Assembly (NCBI GenBank): GCA_964485845.1 | Contig: CAZAKP010000003.1 | Coordinates: 1-43,069 of the forward strand | Length of the DNA: 43,069 bases | Reading direction: 5' to 3' | From: an uncultured bacterium | Lineage (GTDB): Bacteria; Hydrothermota; Tepidihabitantia; Tepidihabitantales; Tepidihabitantaceae | Notes under the pieces: generated by a model | Told to the model about the DNA's origin: nothing | The model's database searches: none | The model's input: the letters and a program-made list of their open reading frames with translations, nothing else | Position numbers and translations under genes: made by a program | In this document: piece by piece, positions 27,157 through 35,677 of the stretch | Layout: each line of letters opens with the position of its first letter | Numbering within the stretch: the first letter of the stretch is position 1

Positions 27157-27321
27157 GTGATCGAGTACCGGCTGAAGAAGAACACGCATGTCTGGCACTG
27201 GGCGCACCATTGCTCCCAGTGGCCGACGTTCGACTACGAGGTCCATCGCGGCGAGCCCACATGGGGCGAGAAGTGCGAGGAGTGCAAGCAGAAGCAGACG
27301 CCTGAGGACGTAGAGGAGTAG
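27157..27321 (+). CDS. Small Cys/His/Trp-rich protein (54 aa), not in the ORF track
   Basis: GGAGG lies 5 nt upstream of GTG 27157. Translation: MIEYRLKKNTHVWHWAHHCSQWPTFDYEVHRGEPTWGEKCEECKQKQTPEDVEE. It has its own promoter-like element. Confidence 0.45.
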   Translation: MIEYRLKKNTHVWHWAHHCSQWPTFDYEVHRGEPTWGEKCEECKQKQTPEDVEE

Positions 27322-27667
27322 CCGCGTCCGCGGCCACGAATCCCTGAGGAGCGCGGCCCAGGGCAGCCCGGAGAAAATCGGCACGCTCGCCGTAGCATCG
27401 CCACGACTTGGACACCCATGCTGCCCGGCTGAATCCGGATCTGCCTCCTTTGCCGGTGAACAAGTTCAGCTCTCCCCGAACAGAAGCCTGGTTACTCCAG
27501 CCGGCTCAGTCGTCGAGTCATGGTAGCCCGCGCGACGGCGGCCAGATCCGCGTTCCCCGACACTAACGTCAGCCGCCAGCGGCCCGGATAAGTCTTCGAC
27601 GAAGGCGAGAGGAGTTGAGATGGCGGATCAGCAGTCCATCACTGCATTGATGACGCCTGTTGCAGCT

Positions 27668-28084
27668 TCACGCTGGCTCGTCGTCCTCGATGTCTTCAGG
27701 TGCGACCGGTCCGCCGGGGAGGAGACGTCTGAGACTCAGCAGCGATATCCGCGCCGCCTCGGCGTGGTGAGCGTTGGCCTGGCGCTTCCGGCGTCTCCGT
27801 TCACTGGCCTCGATCTGTTCTCGCGCCCGGGTTTCCTGCAGCAACTGCCGAACCGGAATCACCGGCTCAGGGACCGAACGCCCGAAGCGTCTGACATACC
27901 TGTCCTCGATACGCTGGGCGAGCGGCACAACAGCACGTCCCTTGACTGGACCCAGGCTCCTCAGCAGGCGCTGCGGGTTCGTGCCGAGTTCACGTGCCAT
28001 CTGGACGTGGGCATCAGACAACCCGTGCAGCCGCTTCGCCTTGACCCAATTCTGCAGTACGGCTGACGTGTCGTGTTCGCTCAC
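27668..28084 (-). CDS. Hypothetical protein
   Basis: 138-codon ORF with high third-position GC and protein-like composition (..WVKAKRLHGLSDAHVQMARELGTNPQRLL..). It is preferred over the antisense ORF 27620-28066. Confidence 0.55.
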   Translation of the reverse strand: MSEHDTSAVLQNWVKAKRLHGLSDAHVQMARELGTNPQRLLRSLGPVKGRAVVPLAQRIEDRYVRRFGRSVPEPVIPVRQLLQETRAREQIEASERRRRKRQANAHHAEAARISLLSLRRLLPGGPVAPEDIEDDEPA

Positions 28085-28141
28085 GTCCGGGTATCGCAGA
28101 TGAACCCGAACTCGCGGGCGGGTGTGTCCCTCGTCCGAGTG

Positions 28142-29479
28142 CTACTTCAGCCAGCGGAGGCCGCCGACCCGCTGATAGCCTAGCTGTATCGTCATCAGCG
28201 GTCCGGATATCGAGAGGATCCTCGCCTTGGCAAAGTGGTCGTCCGGGCCCCAGCCGTCAACCGCGGGGCTGAGCCAGAGATAGTATACCTCATCCACGGT
28301 CAGCCGGTTCTCATCCGAGTAGCCGGCGGTGTCGGCGAGCTTGGCGTTCTCGTACACCGTGGTGTTGGCATCCCTGAACACGTTGCCCTTGGAATTCCAG
28401 CCGTACTTGCCCGCGTTGACCAGGAACATCGAGTCATGGTGGGTCTGGTTGTCCGCGTAGTAATCCAGTTTGGGGTTGTTGCCGGAGGCAAATGAATAGG
28501 TTGTGGCCTTGCCGGCGGAGTCGAACCCGAAGGCGTGATGGTGGAAAGTGTCAGAGTCGCTGATGCCGTAGATCGCGACGCTCGTGGTCTCGACAATGCC
28601 CACCGGTATCACTGACGGCGGGCTCTTGCGGCTGCCCTTCGCGGCTCTGACTTCGAGAGCCGCGCACGATCGGGTGATGTCGTAGGTAGTGTCGGTTGTC
28701 TTATGGACGGAATCATCGATCTTGACCTCATAGAAGTCTGCATTCGCCACGGTGCCCCAGGTCAAGCGCAGCGCGGCTCCCTTCAGCAGTGGCACGCAGG
28801 CCACCTCGGGCGTGGCCGGCGCTTCGACATATGTGACTGAGACCGCCAACGGGTTCGACCACGGCGACTCGTGACCGCGTGCATCCTTGGCCCGCACCAT
28901 GACGTTGTACGAGCCGGCGGCGCTGAAAATGTGCTGCTCACGGCAGACTGATTCGCTCGCGACCGGTCCGGCCCAATCCCCGACGGTGTCGCCCCAGTCG
29001 AACTGGAACCACACGCTATCGTCCAAGGGGTGAGTTGTCTTCGTGGTGAACGTCGCGGCGACGCCGGTCGTGCAGGCGGCCGGCCCGGTCGGCGTCTGGG
29101 GCTGGTCCGGCGGCCAAAACGCCACTCCGACGAGGATCGAGTCCGACCACCCTGATTCGGCGAGCTTTGTGTCCCGTGCTTTCACCTTCACGTAGTAGGC
29201 GCCGGAATCCGTGAACTTGTGCGCCCGCGTGACCTCTTCTCCGCTCGCGTACCCATCATCCCATTCGTCGGCGGTCGCGTCGCCCCACGATACCAGGAAG
29301 CCGACGCTCTGGTTCTCGGGGTCAGTGGTCTTGAAAGTGTAAGTCTGAGACTTGCCCGGTACGCCGGTCGCCGGGCCGCTGAGCGTCGGAGTTGCCGGCG
29401 GCTCGTTCTGCTTTCAGCCGGTGAAGAACACGGCGAGGACCAGGCAGCAGACAACAGCGGATGCGGTCGTTCTACGCAT
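28142..29479 (-). pseudogene. PKD-domain lipoprotein gene interrupted by a single in-frame TGA at the lipobox cysteine position
   Basis: GGAGGTAAC precedes ATG 29479. The signal peptide MRRTTASAVVCCLVLAVFFTG is followed by TGA (29414-29416). The same frame then continues KQNEPPATPTLSGPATGVPGKSQTYTFKTTDPENQSVGFLVSWGDATADEWDDGY... into the 349-aa ORF ending at 28142. Two PKD-like modules are present. Confidence 0.65.
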
Positions 29480-29532
29480 GTTACCTCCAGTCAACGGTCA
29501 CGGAGAATCCTCGGGCCCTCTGACACGACTGC

Positions 29533-29561
29533 ATTCTAGGACCCGTTTCCGGGTTTGTCAA
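29533..29561 (-). promoter_or_regulatory. Sigma70-type promoter of the PKD lipoprotein gene
   Basis: The minus strand reads TTGACA (29556-29561), N17, TAGAAT (29533-29538). Confidence 0.5.
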
Positions 29562-29641
29562 TAGGGAATCGATTTGGGGAGGAGGGAGGAAAGCCGAACA
29601 AATGCTCACTCGCCGTCCGGCGGTGCGAGCCTGCGCCCGGG

Positions 29642-30478
29642 TTAGCCGTGGGCTCTCGCATGGCGGGCAGGCAGCGCTGACCGGACGACGCAGCCCACGA
29701 AGTCAACGAACCCGGCTGCGTCCGCCTCCAGCCGGGGCGTGGTCGAGCCGCGGATCCTGAGCCGGTTGCGGCATGCCGCCAGGAGCACCGCTCGCCAACG
29801 GCGCGGCAGCGACGTCCGAGCCCAGCAATATGCTTCTTTCTTCGACGCGATGGTACGGTGCTCGGCCGTATAGAGGATGCGGCAGGCGGTGAGGATGGCA
29901 TAGGCATTGTGGTGGAACGCACGGGCCGAGCGGTCGCCGGCGTTCTTTGCCAGGTCTTGCTCAAGATAGTCGAGTTCCAGGCGCAGGGCCAGCTTCAGTC
30001 GGCGCCAGGATACCGACGGCGAGATTGACCGGGCGTTTGGGCCATGAAGCGTCACTCCGCACTGGCCGATGTTGAGCCAGATGATGGGATTGCCGTCCGA
30101 ACCGTGTCGCACGAGCTTGCCCGCGTGGAACCCGCAACACCTCGATCGCTTGTCGAAGAACTCGTGGTTAATGATGAAACGAATGTCAAGACGTCTCACC
30201 CAGGCATTACTGCGCGACGCGCTGCGGAACCAGCGTGCCATGGTGGCGAATTCAGCGCGAGAAAGGTCTCTCCGGGTCACGACCACCGCGTCGACGTCGC
30301 TGCAGCGCCGGTCAAACGTGCCATAGCTGAGTGAGCCCCAGAGATAGATTCCGACGAGGTTGCCGTCGATGATGGCCGGCACCTCGTCGGCGATACGTCG
30401 AAGCAGGTGCGCGAGCTCACGCGGAAGTCCCGGGAGCCGCGACGGCTGTCTCGGCTGACTCCCGGAAGGTCTAGTCAA
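29642..30478 (-). CDS. Nucleotidyltransferase, ANT(3'')/AadA-like with DUF4111-type C-terminal domain
   Basis: ...LVGIYLWGSLSYGTFDRRCSDVDAVVVT... is a pol-beta-type NTase G-S..D.D motif. The C-terminal helical domain is as in aminoglycoside adenylyltransferases. TTG start. Confidence 0.75.
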   Translation of the reverse strand: MTRPSGSQPRQPSRLPGLPRELAHLLRRIADEVPAIIDGNLVGIYLWGSLSYGTFDRRCSDVDAVVVTRRDLSRAEFATMARWFRSASRSNAWVRRLDIRFIINHEFFDKRSRCCGFHAGKLVRHGSDGNPIIWLNIGQCGVTLHGPNARSISPSVSWRRLKLALRLELDYLEQDLAKNAGDRSARAFHHNAYAILTACRILYTAEHRTIASKKEAYCWARTSLPRRWRAVLLAACRNRLRIRGSTTPRLEADAAGFVDFVGCVVRSALPARHARAHG

Positions 30479-30526
30479 AGGTCCTTGACTTACCGGACCA
30501 GCGGCGCTCGGTAATCTCGTTCGTCG

Positions 30527-31606
30527 CTAACGCTGCAGAACGAGGTGCGCGGTGGCGCGCTCTCCACCCGCGTCGCAGCAAACGAAGTACGTCCCTGCGG
30601 GCAGTCGCCGGCCCGCGTTGTCTCTCCCGTCCCAGACCAGGTCCGACTCCCGGTTGACCTCAAGCGTCCGCACCAGCCGTCCTCCCGTGTCGAACACGCC
30701 GGCTCTGGCGAGACAACCTGCCGGGGCATCGCAGGCAAGCCTTGTGAGGTGGACGAACGGATTCGGCTCGGGCCGCGACAGAAATCCACGTCTGGCCGGT
30801 GTAGCGGCGCCGCCATCGAGCACGCCCGTCGCCCCGCCGACCTTGTAGACCCGGTCGGTGGAACTGCTCACGTTCCAGAAGAAGCTGCCATCCCACACCA
30901 GACCGAGCGGGCTCGGCACCTGCCATTCGAAGCTATCGACCACGGTTCCCGCGGGGACAGTCATCTTGTACGCGAATTGGGTCCCCATATCCACGCCCCA
31001 CAGGTAGGTCCCGTCCCAGGCGATACCGAGCATATCGCCGTTCGGAGGGATGAACTGCGAGACGACTGCGCCGGCAACCGTATCCAACTGGTAGATATGT
31101 CCGGTGCCGGTGTAGTCGCTGTGCCAGAGGTACTGGCCATCCCACGCGAGTCCCCACGAATTCGGGTCAGCGGACGCGCTGTCCGGCAGCCGGAAAGACC
31201 GGAGCGCATTGCCGGTGGCCGGGTCGAGCTCGTAGGCCCGGGCGCTTTGCTCGTCCACCATCCAAAGGTGTGCGCCGTCCCAGGTGAGGTCGGCCGGGAA
31301 TACCACCTCTGGAGGCAGGCCGAACACGGTCTCGACAACCCCGGTCGAGCTTAGCCGGTACAGCACTGCCGAATCGCCGCGACTGAGCCAGAAGTGCTCG
31401 CCGTCCCAGGCCAGGCCATTACAGAACGGGCCGGGACAGGTGAACGACCACAGAGTGTCACCGGGCCCAGGCAAGGCCGGGCCGAACACGGCTGATGTCC
31501 GCGTCCCGAAACCATCGGCCTGCTCAAACCTTCCGGCTGCCATCCTGGCTTCGGACGGCGGACAGAAGTGCAGCGCCACTACGCAGACTAAGGCAAAGTG
31601 CTTCAC
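30527..31606 (-). CDS. Secreted beta-propeller-like protein (WDGxxxW repeats) with T9SS C-terminal sorting domain
   Basis: GGAGG lies 7 nt upstream of GTG 31606, followed by the signal peptide KHFALVCVVALHF. There are five repeats: GLAWDGEHFW, DLTWDGAHLW, GLAWDGQYLW, GIAWDGTYLW, GLVWDGSFFW. The CTD reads ..EPNPFVHLTRL..GVFDTGGRLVRTL..LPAGTYFV... Confidence 0.8.
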   Translation of the reverse strand: MKHFALVCVVALHFCPPSEARMAAGRFEQADGFGTRTSAVFGPALPGPGDTLWSFTCPGPFCNGLAWDGEHFWLSRGDSAVLYRLSSTGVVETVFGLPPEVVFPADLTWDGAHLWMVDEQSARAYELDPATGNALRSFRLPDSASADPNSWGLAWDGQYLWHSDYTGTGHIYQLDTVAGAVVSQFIPPNGDMLGIAWDGTYLWGVDMGTQFAYKMTVPAGTVVDSFEWQVPSPLGLVWDGSFFWNVSSSTDRVYKVGGATGVLDGGAATPARRGFLSRPEPNPFVHLTRLACDAPAGCLARAGVFDTGGRLVRTLEVNRESDLVWDGRDNAGRRLPAGTYFVCCDAGGERATAHLVLQR

Positions 31607-31736
31607 AACATATCCTCCTATCACTGACCGTTGTCCGACCTGGCGGGTCCAGGCACAAGTGGGCGCAATTGGGCTGTGGCTCGATGTGCCTTTCCGGCCA
31701 TCCGGAAATATGCGAGTGTTCCCATGGAGCCTGGGC

Positions 31737-32306
31737 TCAGAACCGGTACAGCCGGGTATGGCAGGCAAGCTCGGCCTTGGCGAGGATGTGGCCGGCGGCG
31801 GCCTCTTCTATTTCGGCTGGGCCGGTCGGCAGGAAGGTGCATGACACCGTCGTATCGAGTGCGTAGAGGGCAAACACAAAGCGGTGTGTCCGGCGGCCCG
31901 GTCGGCGCAGCCCAACATAGCTGCAGCAGCCGGTTCCCGCGTCCGCGCCGTGGCTGCCGGCGCCCTCGGCAAGATAGCGTGTATCGCCGGGAAGGTTGAG
32001 CGCGAGCCAGTGTGTCCCGAATTCCCCTGCTCCTGATGCCTCGACTTCGTACAGGATAAGCGCGAACCAACGGGTCGAATCGGGCACATTGGTCCACTCC
32101 AGCGGAGGCGAGGGCGGTGACCCGAGGGGGTCGGCATAATAGTCGGGTACGGTGCCGCCGTGATGGAATGCCGGGCTGGACAGAACCATCGGCGGCTTCC
32201 GGAGTCTCACGATTGAGGTCGTCGTCTCGCCGCCACAGCCGAATGGCAGGAGAACGGCGACCGCGCACAACCCGATGCCAGCGACGTCGCGGGGGCAGGC
32301 CTTCAC
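31737..32306 (-). CDS. YbhB/YbcL (PEBP / Raf-kinase-inhibitor-like) family lipoprotein
   Basis: Lipobox LLPFGCGG. The pattern ...SPPLEWTNVPDSTRWFALILYE...THWLALNLPGD...RFVFALYALD is typical of PEBP. Confidence 0.85.
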   Translation of the reverse strand: MKACPRDVAGIGLCAVAVLLPFGCGGETTTSIVRLRKPPMVLSSPAFHHGGTVPDYYADPLGSPPSPPLEWTNVPDSTRWFALILYEVEASGAGEFGTHWLALNLPGDTRYLAEGAGSHGADAGTGCCSYVGLRRPGRRTHRFVFALYALDTTVSCTFLPTGPAEIEEAAAGHILAKAELACHTRLYRF

Positions 32307-32312
32307 TGCGGG

Positions 32313-32341
32313 ATTGTAGGGTCCGGCAGCGCAGATGTCAA
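32313..32341 (-). promoter_or_regulatory. Sigma70-type promoter 6 nt upstream of the PEBP GTG (leaderless geometry)
   Basis: The minus strand reads TTGACA (32336-32341), N17, TACAAT (32313-32318), then 6 nt, then GTG at 32306. Confidence 0.5.
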
Positions 32342-32434
32342 ATGGAATGAATGTGGGATACCCGGGGGAGAGGTCGAAGGCGCGCCGTCTGACGGAGCGG
32401 GTTCCGCCCGGATTTCCCTGGGTGTCTGGCAGGG

Positions 32435-35400
32435 CTATTTGCCGGCCGAGAGGATGAGGGGCAAGGCAGTGAAGACGATGAACGTCGAAACCTTCTTGCC
32501 GGGATATAGGCGAGAGCAGGCGGCTTCGTAGTATTTGAGCTGGCCTTCGTAGTACTCATAAGCCAGTGATGGGGCGTCTTTCTTTCCAACCCTGAAAGTC
32601 TTGTAGTCGTAGATGCGTACTTCGGCGTCAGTGACAATCACGCGGTCGATGCGGCCGGTGTGAATCGCGCCTGTTGCGTCACGGTACATCACAGGCAATT
32701 CGGCGAACGAGCCCGGCCGGCGTCTGACTATGTTCCAGACTTCCGGTTCAGATTGCAGATCGGAGATTGCAGATTGCAGACTGGCGGACAGTGACATGTC
32801 CAGCCCGTTGAGACGGAGGAGCCTTTCGATCTCGGCGGCAAGCGGACGGCGGTCAGCGGTCAATGTCCCATTCGATATCTCTTCCAGTAGTCGGTGGATG
32901 ACCTCGCCCAGACCGACTGAATCTTCGCCATGGCGTTGGAAGTCGGCGGGCAGGTTTCGCGTTATGGCACGCAACGAGGGGCGAGGGGCGGGGAGCGAGG
33001 GGAGTGGGATTCGACGCGGGGCCGGTTTCCTGTCCCGGGCCACCGGCGCCGGGGACGATGGTTCGGGGACTGACGCCGGAGTGATGCAGGTCACGCCGGG
33101 GATAGGCGGTTCGAATGCGAAGCCATCTTCAGTCTCATTGAGTCCCAGGTTCTCAATGAGCCAGGCGAGTCGGGTCTTTGTGAGCGCCCGGGAGTTCCAT
33201 ACGCCGCTCAGGAACATCGCGTCGCGAGCCCGCGTACAGGCGACGTAGAACACACGTTTCTCTTCCTCGAATTCCTTTTCGACAAAGGTGCGATGGAACG
33301 GGTGCTCCCTGCGGATGCCGGACTCCGGTATGTAGGATACAAGGACTCGGTCCTGATCCACTTCCTCGACCACGAGGCTCGGGCCGGACCAGCCGGCCGC
33401 TTTGATGCCGTCGTCGAGCCCGGGCAGGAACACCACCGGGAACTGCAGGCCCTTGGCGGCGTGAATCGTGAGTATCTGGACGCCGGGCTGGTCCTCGACC
33501 CGGACGTCGGCCTTGGCCTCATCCTGTCCTGCCTGCGCGAGCGCGTTGAGGATACGAAGCGGGTGCATTCCGTCGGCTTCCAGGTCCTCGATGATTCCGA
33601 GGAACTTCCGGACGTTGGCTTCGCGCTGAGCTTCCCAGAATCTCGTCCACACCTTTCGCTCATCAAGCGCGCCGGAAAGAATGCGCGCGAGCGGTTTGCG
33701 ATGGACGTCCGAAAGCCACTTGCTCAACGCGGACACGGCCGTGTCGAGCGGGGTATCGGGCTGAGCGTTCGACCTTACCCGGTCCCAGAGGAACAAAGAA
33801 TTGGCGATTGGCGATTGTCGATTGTCGATTGGCGGCTGATTGGCGAAGAAGAGGTCGCGTTCGGGGACGTCGAAGAACGGGCCGCGTAACGTTACGTAGA
33901 GCGAGGTGTCGTCAGCCGGGTCGACAAGGAACTTGAGCAGCGAGTGGAGGTACTGAACTTCGTCTTCCGAGTAGAATCCGGAGCCGCCGAGCACCAGAAA
34001 CGGGACACCGGCATCGCGCAACGCCTTCTCGTAGATGGCGAGGTGCGTCCGCGAGCGGATGATGACGGCGATGTCCTGGTACTCGCAGGGCCGGCCGATC
34101 TCAATGCTCTCTTTCTTCTCGTAGACAGTCAGGGGTTCGGGCGAGTTCACAAGGGACAGGATTCGTCCTGCGATAATGCCCGCCTCGATGCTCCTGCGCT
34201 CGGCCACGTTCTCGTCCGAGCGAGCCAGAACGATCTCGACCCTGCCCGGGTCAGAGTTCTCGCGGGCGCAGGTGAAGGGAGCATAGCACGTGCGCCAGGG
34301 GTCCAGGGATTGGCGATCGGCGATTGGCGATTGGCTATTGGCAGGGGGCAGGGAGGAAGGTGCGAACATGAGTCTGGAGAATAGCGCGTTGTCGAAATCG
34401 ATAATGGCCTGGAGGCTCCGGTAGTTCTTTTCAAGAGTCTCTCGCTCCAGGCCGTTGCCCAGCCATTCTTCGAGCTTGTCTGCTGCCTTGGAGAAGACAT
34501 CTACCTTGGCGTCGCGGAACATGTAGATGGACTGCTTCTCGTCGCCGACGATGAAGAGCGTGGGTTTGATACCCAAGTCGGTCTTCGCGCCTTCGCCCGC
34601 CCGCCACTCCTCGGTCAGCTTGTCGATGATGCCCCATTGCAGATAGCTCGTGTCCTGGAACTCGTCGACAAGAATGTGGTCGGTGTGCTCGTCGAAGGCG
34701 TGCAGGATATTCTGCCATTCAGATTCGGCGTGGAGCACCCGCCATGCCAGATACTCCATGTCGTCATAGTCGACGAGGCCGGACGCGAGCTTGGCTCTGG
34801 AGTACGCGTCGAGGAATCGGCGCTGGAAGAGGTCGAGAGCGTGGCCGAATTCGTCGTTCCAGAGCGCGGCCGCGATGAGATTCCGGTATTCGCACATCCT
34901 TCTGTTCCAGTCCTGAGCTTCGTCGGAACACCCACGGATGCGGGGAGAGCCTGACCCGGTGCGATATACGTCCCGATTGGCTTCCAGCAGCGCGAAGACC
35001 TGCCGCAGTGAATCTATGTCGAACCGCCGCGGGAACAAGCTTGAGTAGTCCGGGAATAGAGTTCTGCCCATGCTGTCTTGCCGCAGTTCCGCCGCAATCG
35101 ATTCGAGCCGGCCCGTATCCGAACCAAGCAAGCGCCCGCGCCGGATGGCAACTCGTTTGTCGAAGAGGCTGTCGAACAGGGCAGAGAGCCTGGTCCAGCC
35201 TTGAGTGCGGTCGCGCGTCACCAGGTCGATAAGGTTCTTGTAGTAGCTTGAGTTGCGCTCATTCTCGGCCACGTTCATCAGCGTGTCGTACTTGGCGCTC
35301 TCCCAGGTGGTGGTGACGTCCGACAAGACGTCAACGCGCGGGTCGAGTCCGAGCAGCGGCGCGAAACGCTTGACCAGCGAGAGGCAGAAGGAGTGGATGG

Positions 35401-35677
35401 TTGAGATGCGCAGCCTGAGCACGTTCTCGCGCAGGCTCCTGTGCAGGGCCGGGTCTTCTTTGGCCAGGCGGTCGAAGATGCGCTCCTTCATCTCAGCCGC
35501 CGCCTTCTCGGTGAAGGTGAGCGTAAGGATCCGTTCAGGCTTGACGCCCAGCCTGAGCAGGTCAATGTAGCGCTGGCTCAGCGCCTGGGTCTTGCCTGAA
35601 CCGGCCGGTGCGAAGACGACCTTATGGCCAATGGCGATTGGCGAATGGCGATTGGCGAATGGCGGCGGGGAGGGCAT
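32435..35677 (-). CDS. addA: UvrD-type helicase / PD-(D/E)XK nuclease, AddA-like subunit
   Basis: Walker A VFAPAGSGKTQ and UvrD/Rep motifs are present. The C-terminal nuclease motif reads GRIDRVIV...RIYDYKT. The start abuts the addB stop (TAGATG). Confidence 0.9.
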   Translation of the reverse strand: MPSPPPFANRHSPIAIGHKVVFAPAGSGKTQALSQRYIDLLRLGVKPERILTLTFTEKAAAEMKERIFDRLAKEDPALHRSLRENVLRLRISTIHSFCLSLVKRFAPLLGLDPRVDVLSDVTTTWESAKYDTLMNVAENERNSSYYKNLIDLVTRDRTQGWTRLSALFDSLFDKRVAIRRGRLLGSDTGRLESIAAELRQDSMGRTLFPDYSSLFPRRFDIDSLRQVFALLEANRDVYRTGSGSPRIRGCSDEAQDWNRRMCEYRNLIAAALWNDEFGHALDLFQRRFLDAYSRAKLASGLVDYDDMEYLAWRVLHAESEWQNILHAFDEHTDHILVDEFQDTSYLQWGIIDKLTEEWRAGEGAKTDLGIKPTLFIVGDEKQSIYMFRDAKVDVFSKAADKLEEWLGNGLERETLEKNYRSLQAIIDFDNALFSRLMFAPSSLPPANSQSPIADRQSLDPWRTCYAPFTCARENSDPGRVEIVLARSDENVAERRSIEAGIIAGRILSLVNSPEPLTVYEKKESIEIGRPCEYQDIAVIIRSRTHLAIYEKALRDAGVPFLVLGGSGFYSEDEVQYLHSLLKFLVDPADDTSLYVTLRGPFFDVPERDLFFANQPPIDNRQSPIANSLFLWDRVRSNAQPDTPLDTAVSALSKWLSDVHRKPLARILSGALDERKVWTRFWEAQREANVRKFLGIIEDLEADGMHPLRILNALAQAGQDEAKADVRVEDQPGVQILTIHAAKGLQFPVVFLPGLDDGIKAAGWSGPSLVVEEVDQDRVLVSYIPESGIRREHPFHRTFVEKEFEEEKRVFYVACTRARDAMFLSGVWNSRALTKTRLAWLIENLGLNETEDGFAFEPPIPGVTCITPASVPEPSSPAPVARDRKPAPRRIPLPSLPAPRPSLRAITRNLPADFQRHGEDSVGLGEVIHRLLEEISNGTLTADRRPLAAEIERLLRLNGLDMSLSASLQSAISDLQSEPEVWNIVRRRPGSFAELPVMYRDATGAIHTGRIDRVIVTDAEVRIYDYKTFRVGKKDAPSLAYEYYEGQLKYYEAACSRLYPGKKVSTFIVFTALPLILSAGK
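32750..32784. repeat. Heptamer array AGATTGC x5 (imperfect) inside addA
   Basis: AGATTGC AGATCGG AGATTGC AGATTGC AGACTGG. Translated in frame on the minus strand as ..LQSAISDLQSE... Confidence 0.75.
33800..33845. repeat. Heptamer array ATTGGCG/ATTGTCG x5 (+1) inside addA
   Basis: ATTGGCG ATTGGCG ATTGTCG ATTGTCG ATTGGCG gctg ATTGGCG. It encodes ..ANQPPIDNRQSPIANS... Confidence 0.8.
34309..34343. repeat. Heptamer array ATTGGCG x5 (imperfect) inside addA
   Basis: ATTGGCG ATCGGCG ATTGGCG ATTGGCT ATTGGCA. It encodes ..PPANSQSPIADRQS... Confidence 0.8.
35623..35664. repeat. Heptamer array (A/T)ATGGCG/ATTGGCG x6 at the 5' end of addA
   Basis: TATGGCC AATGGCG ATTGGCG AATGGCG ATTGGCG AATGGCG. It encodes residues 5-18 (..PPFANRHSPIAIGH..), directly before the Walker A motif. 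Confidence 0.8.

Noticed and set aside
27620-28066. 148-aa plus-strand ORF with an apparent GGAG SD
   Set aside because: The opposite-strand ORF (27668-28084) has much higher third-position GC and a protein-like sequence. The plus ORF is most likely the antisense shadow. This call has moderate confidence only.
29414-29416. Genome-wide UGA reassignment as the explanation for the in-frame TGA
   Set aside because: Several confidently called genes in the window (integrase, PqqD-like gene, dnaX) terminate at TGA at positions consistent with full-length homologues.
29188-29454. 88-aa minus-strand ORF upstream of the PKD-domain ORF
   Set aside because: It is out of frame relative to the signal peptide and PKD reading frame, which explains the whole region apart from one TGA. 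Its translation is Arg/Ser/Thr-rich and looks noncoding.
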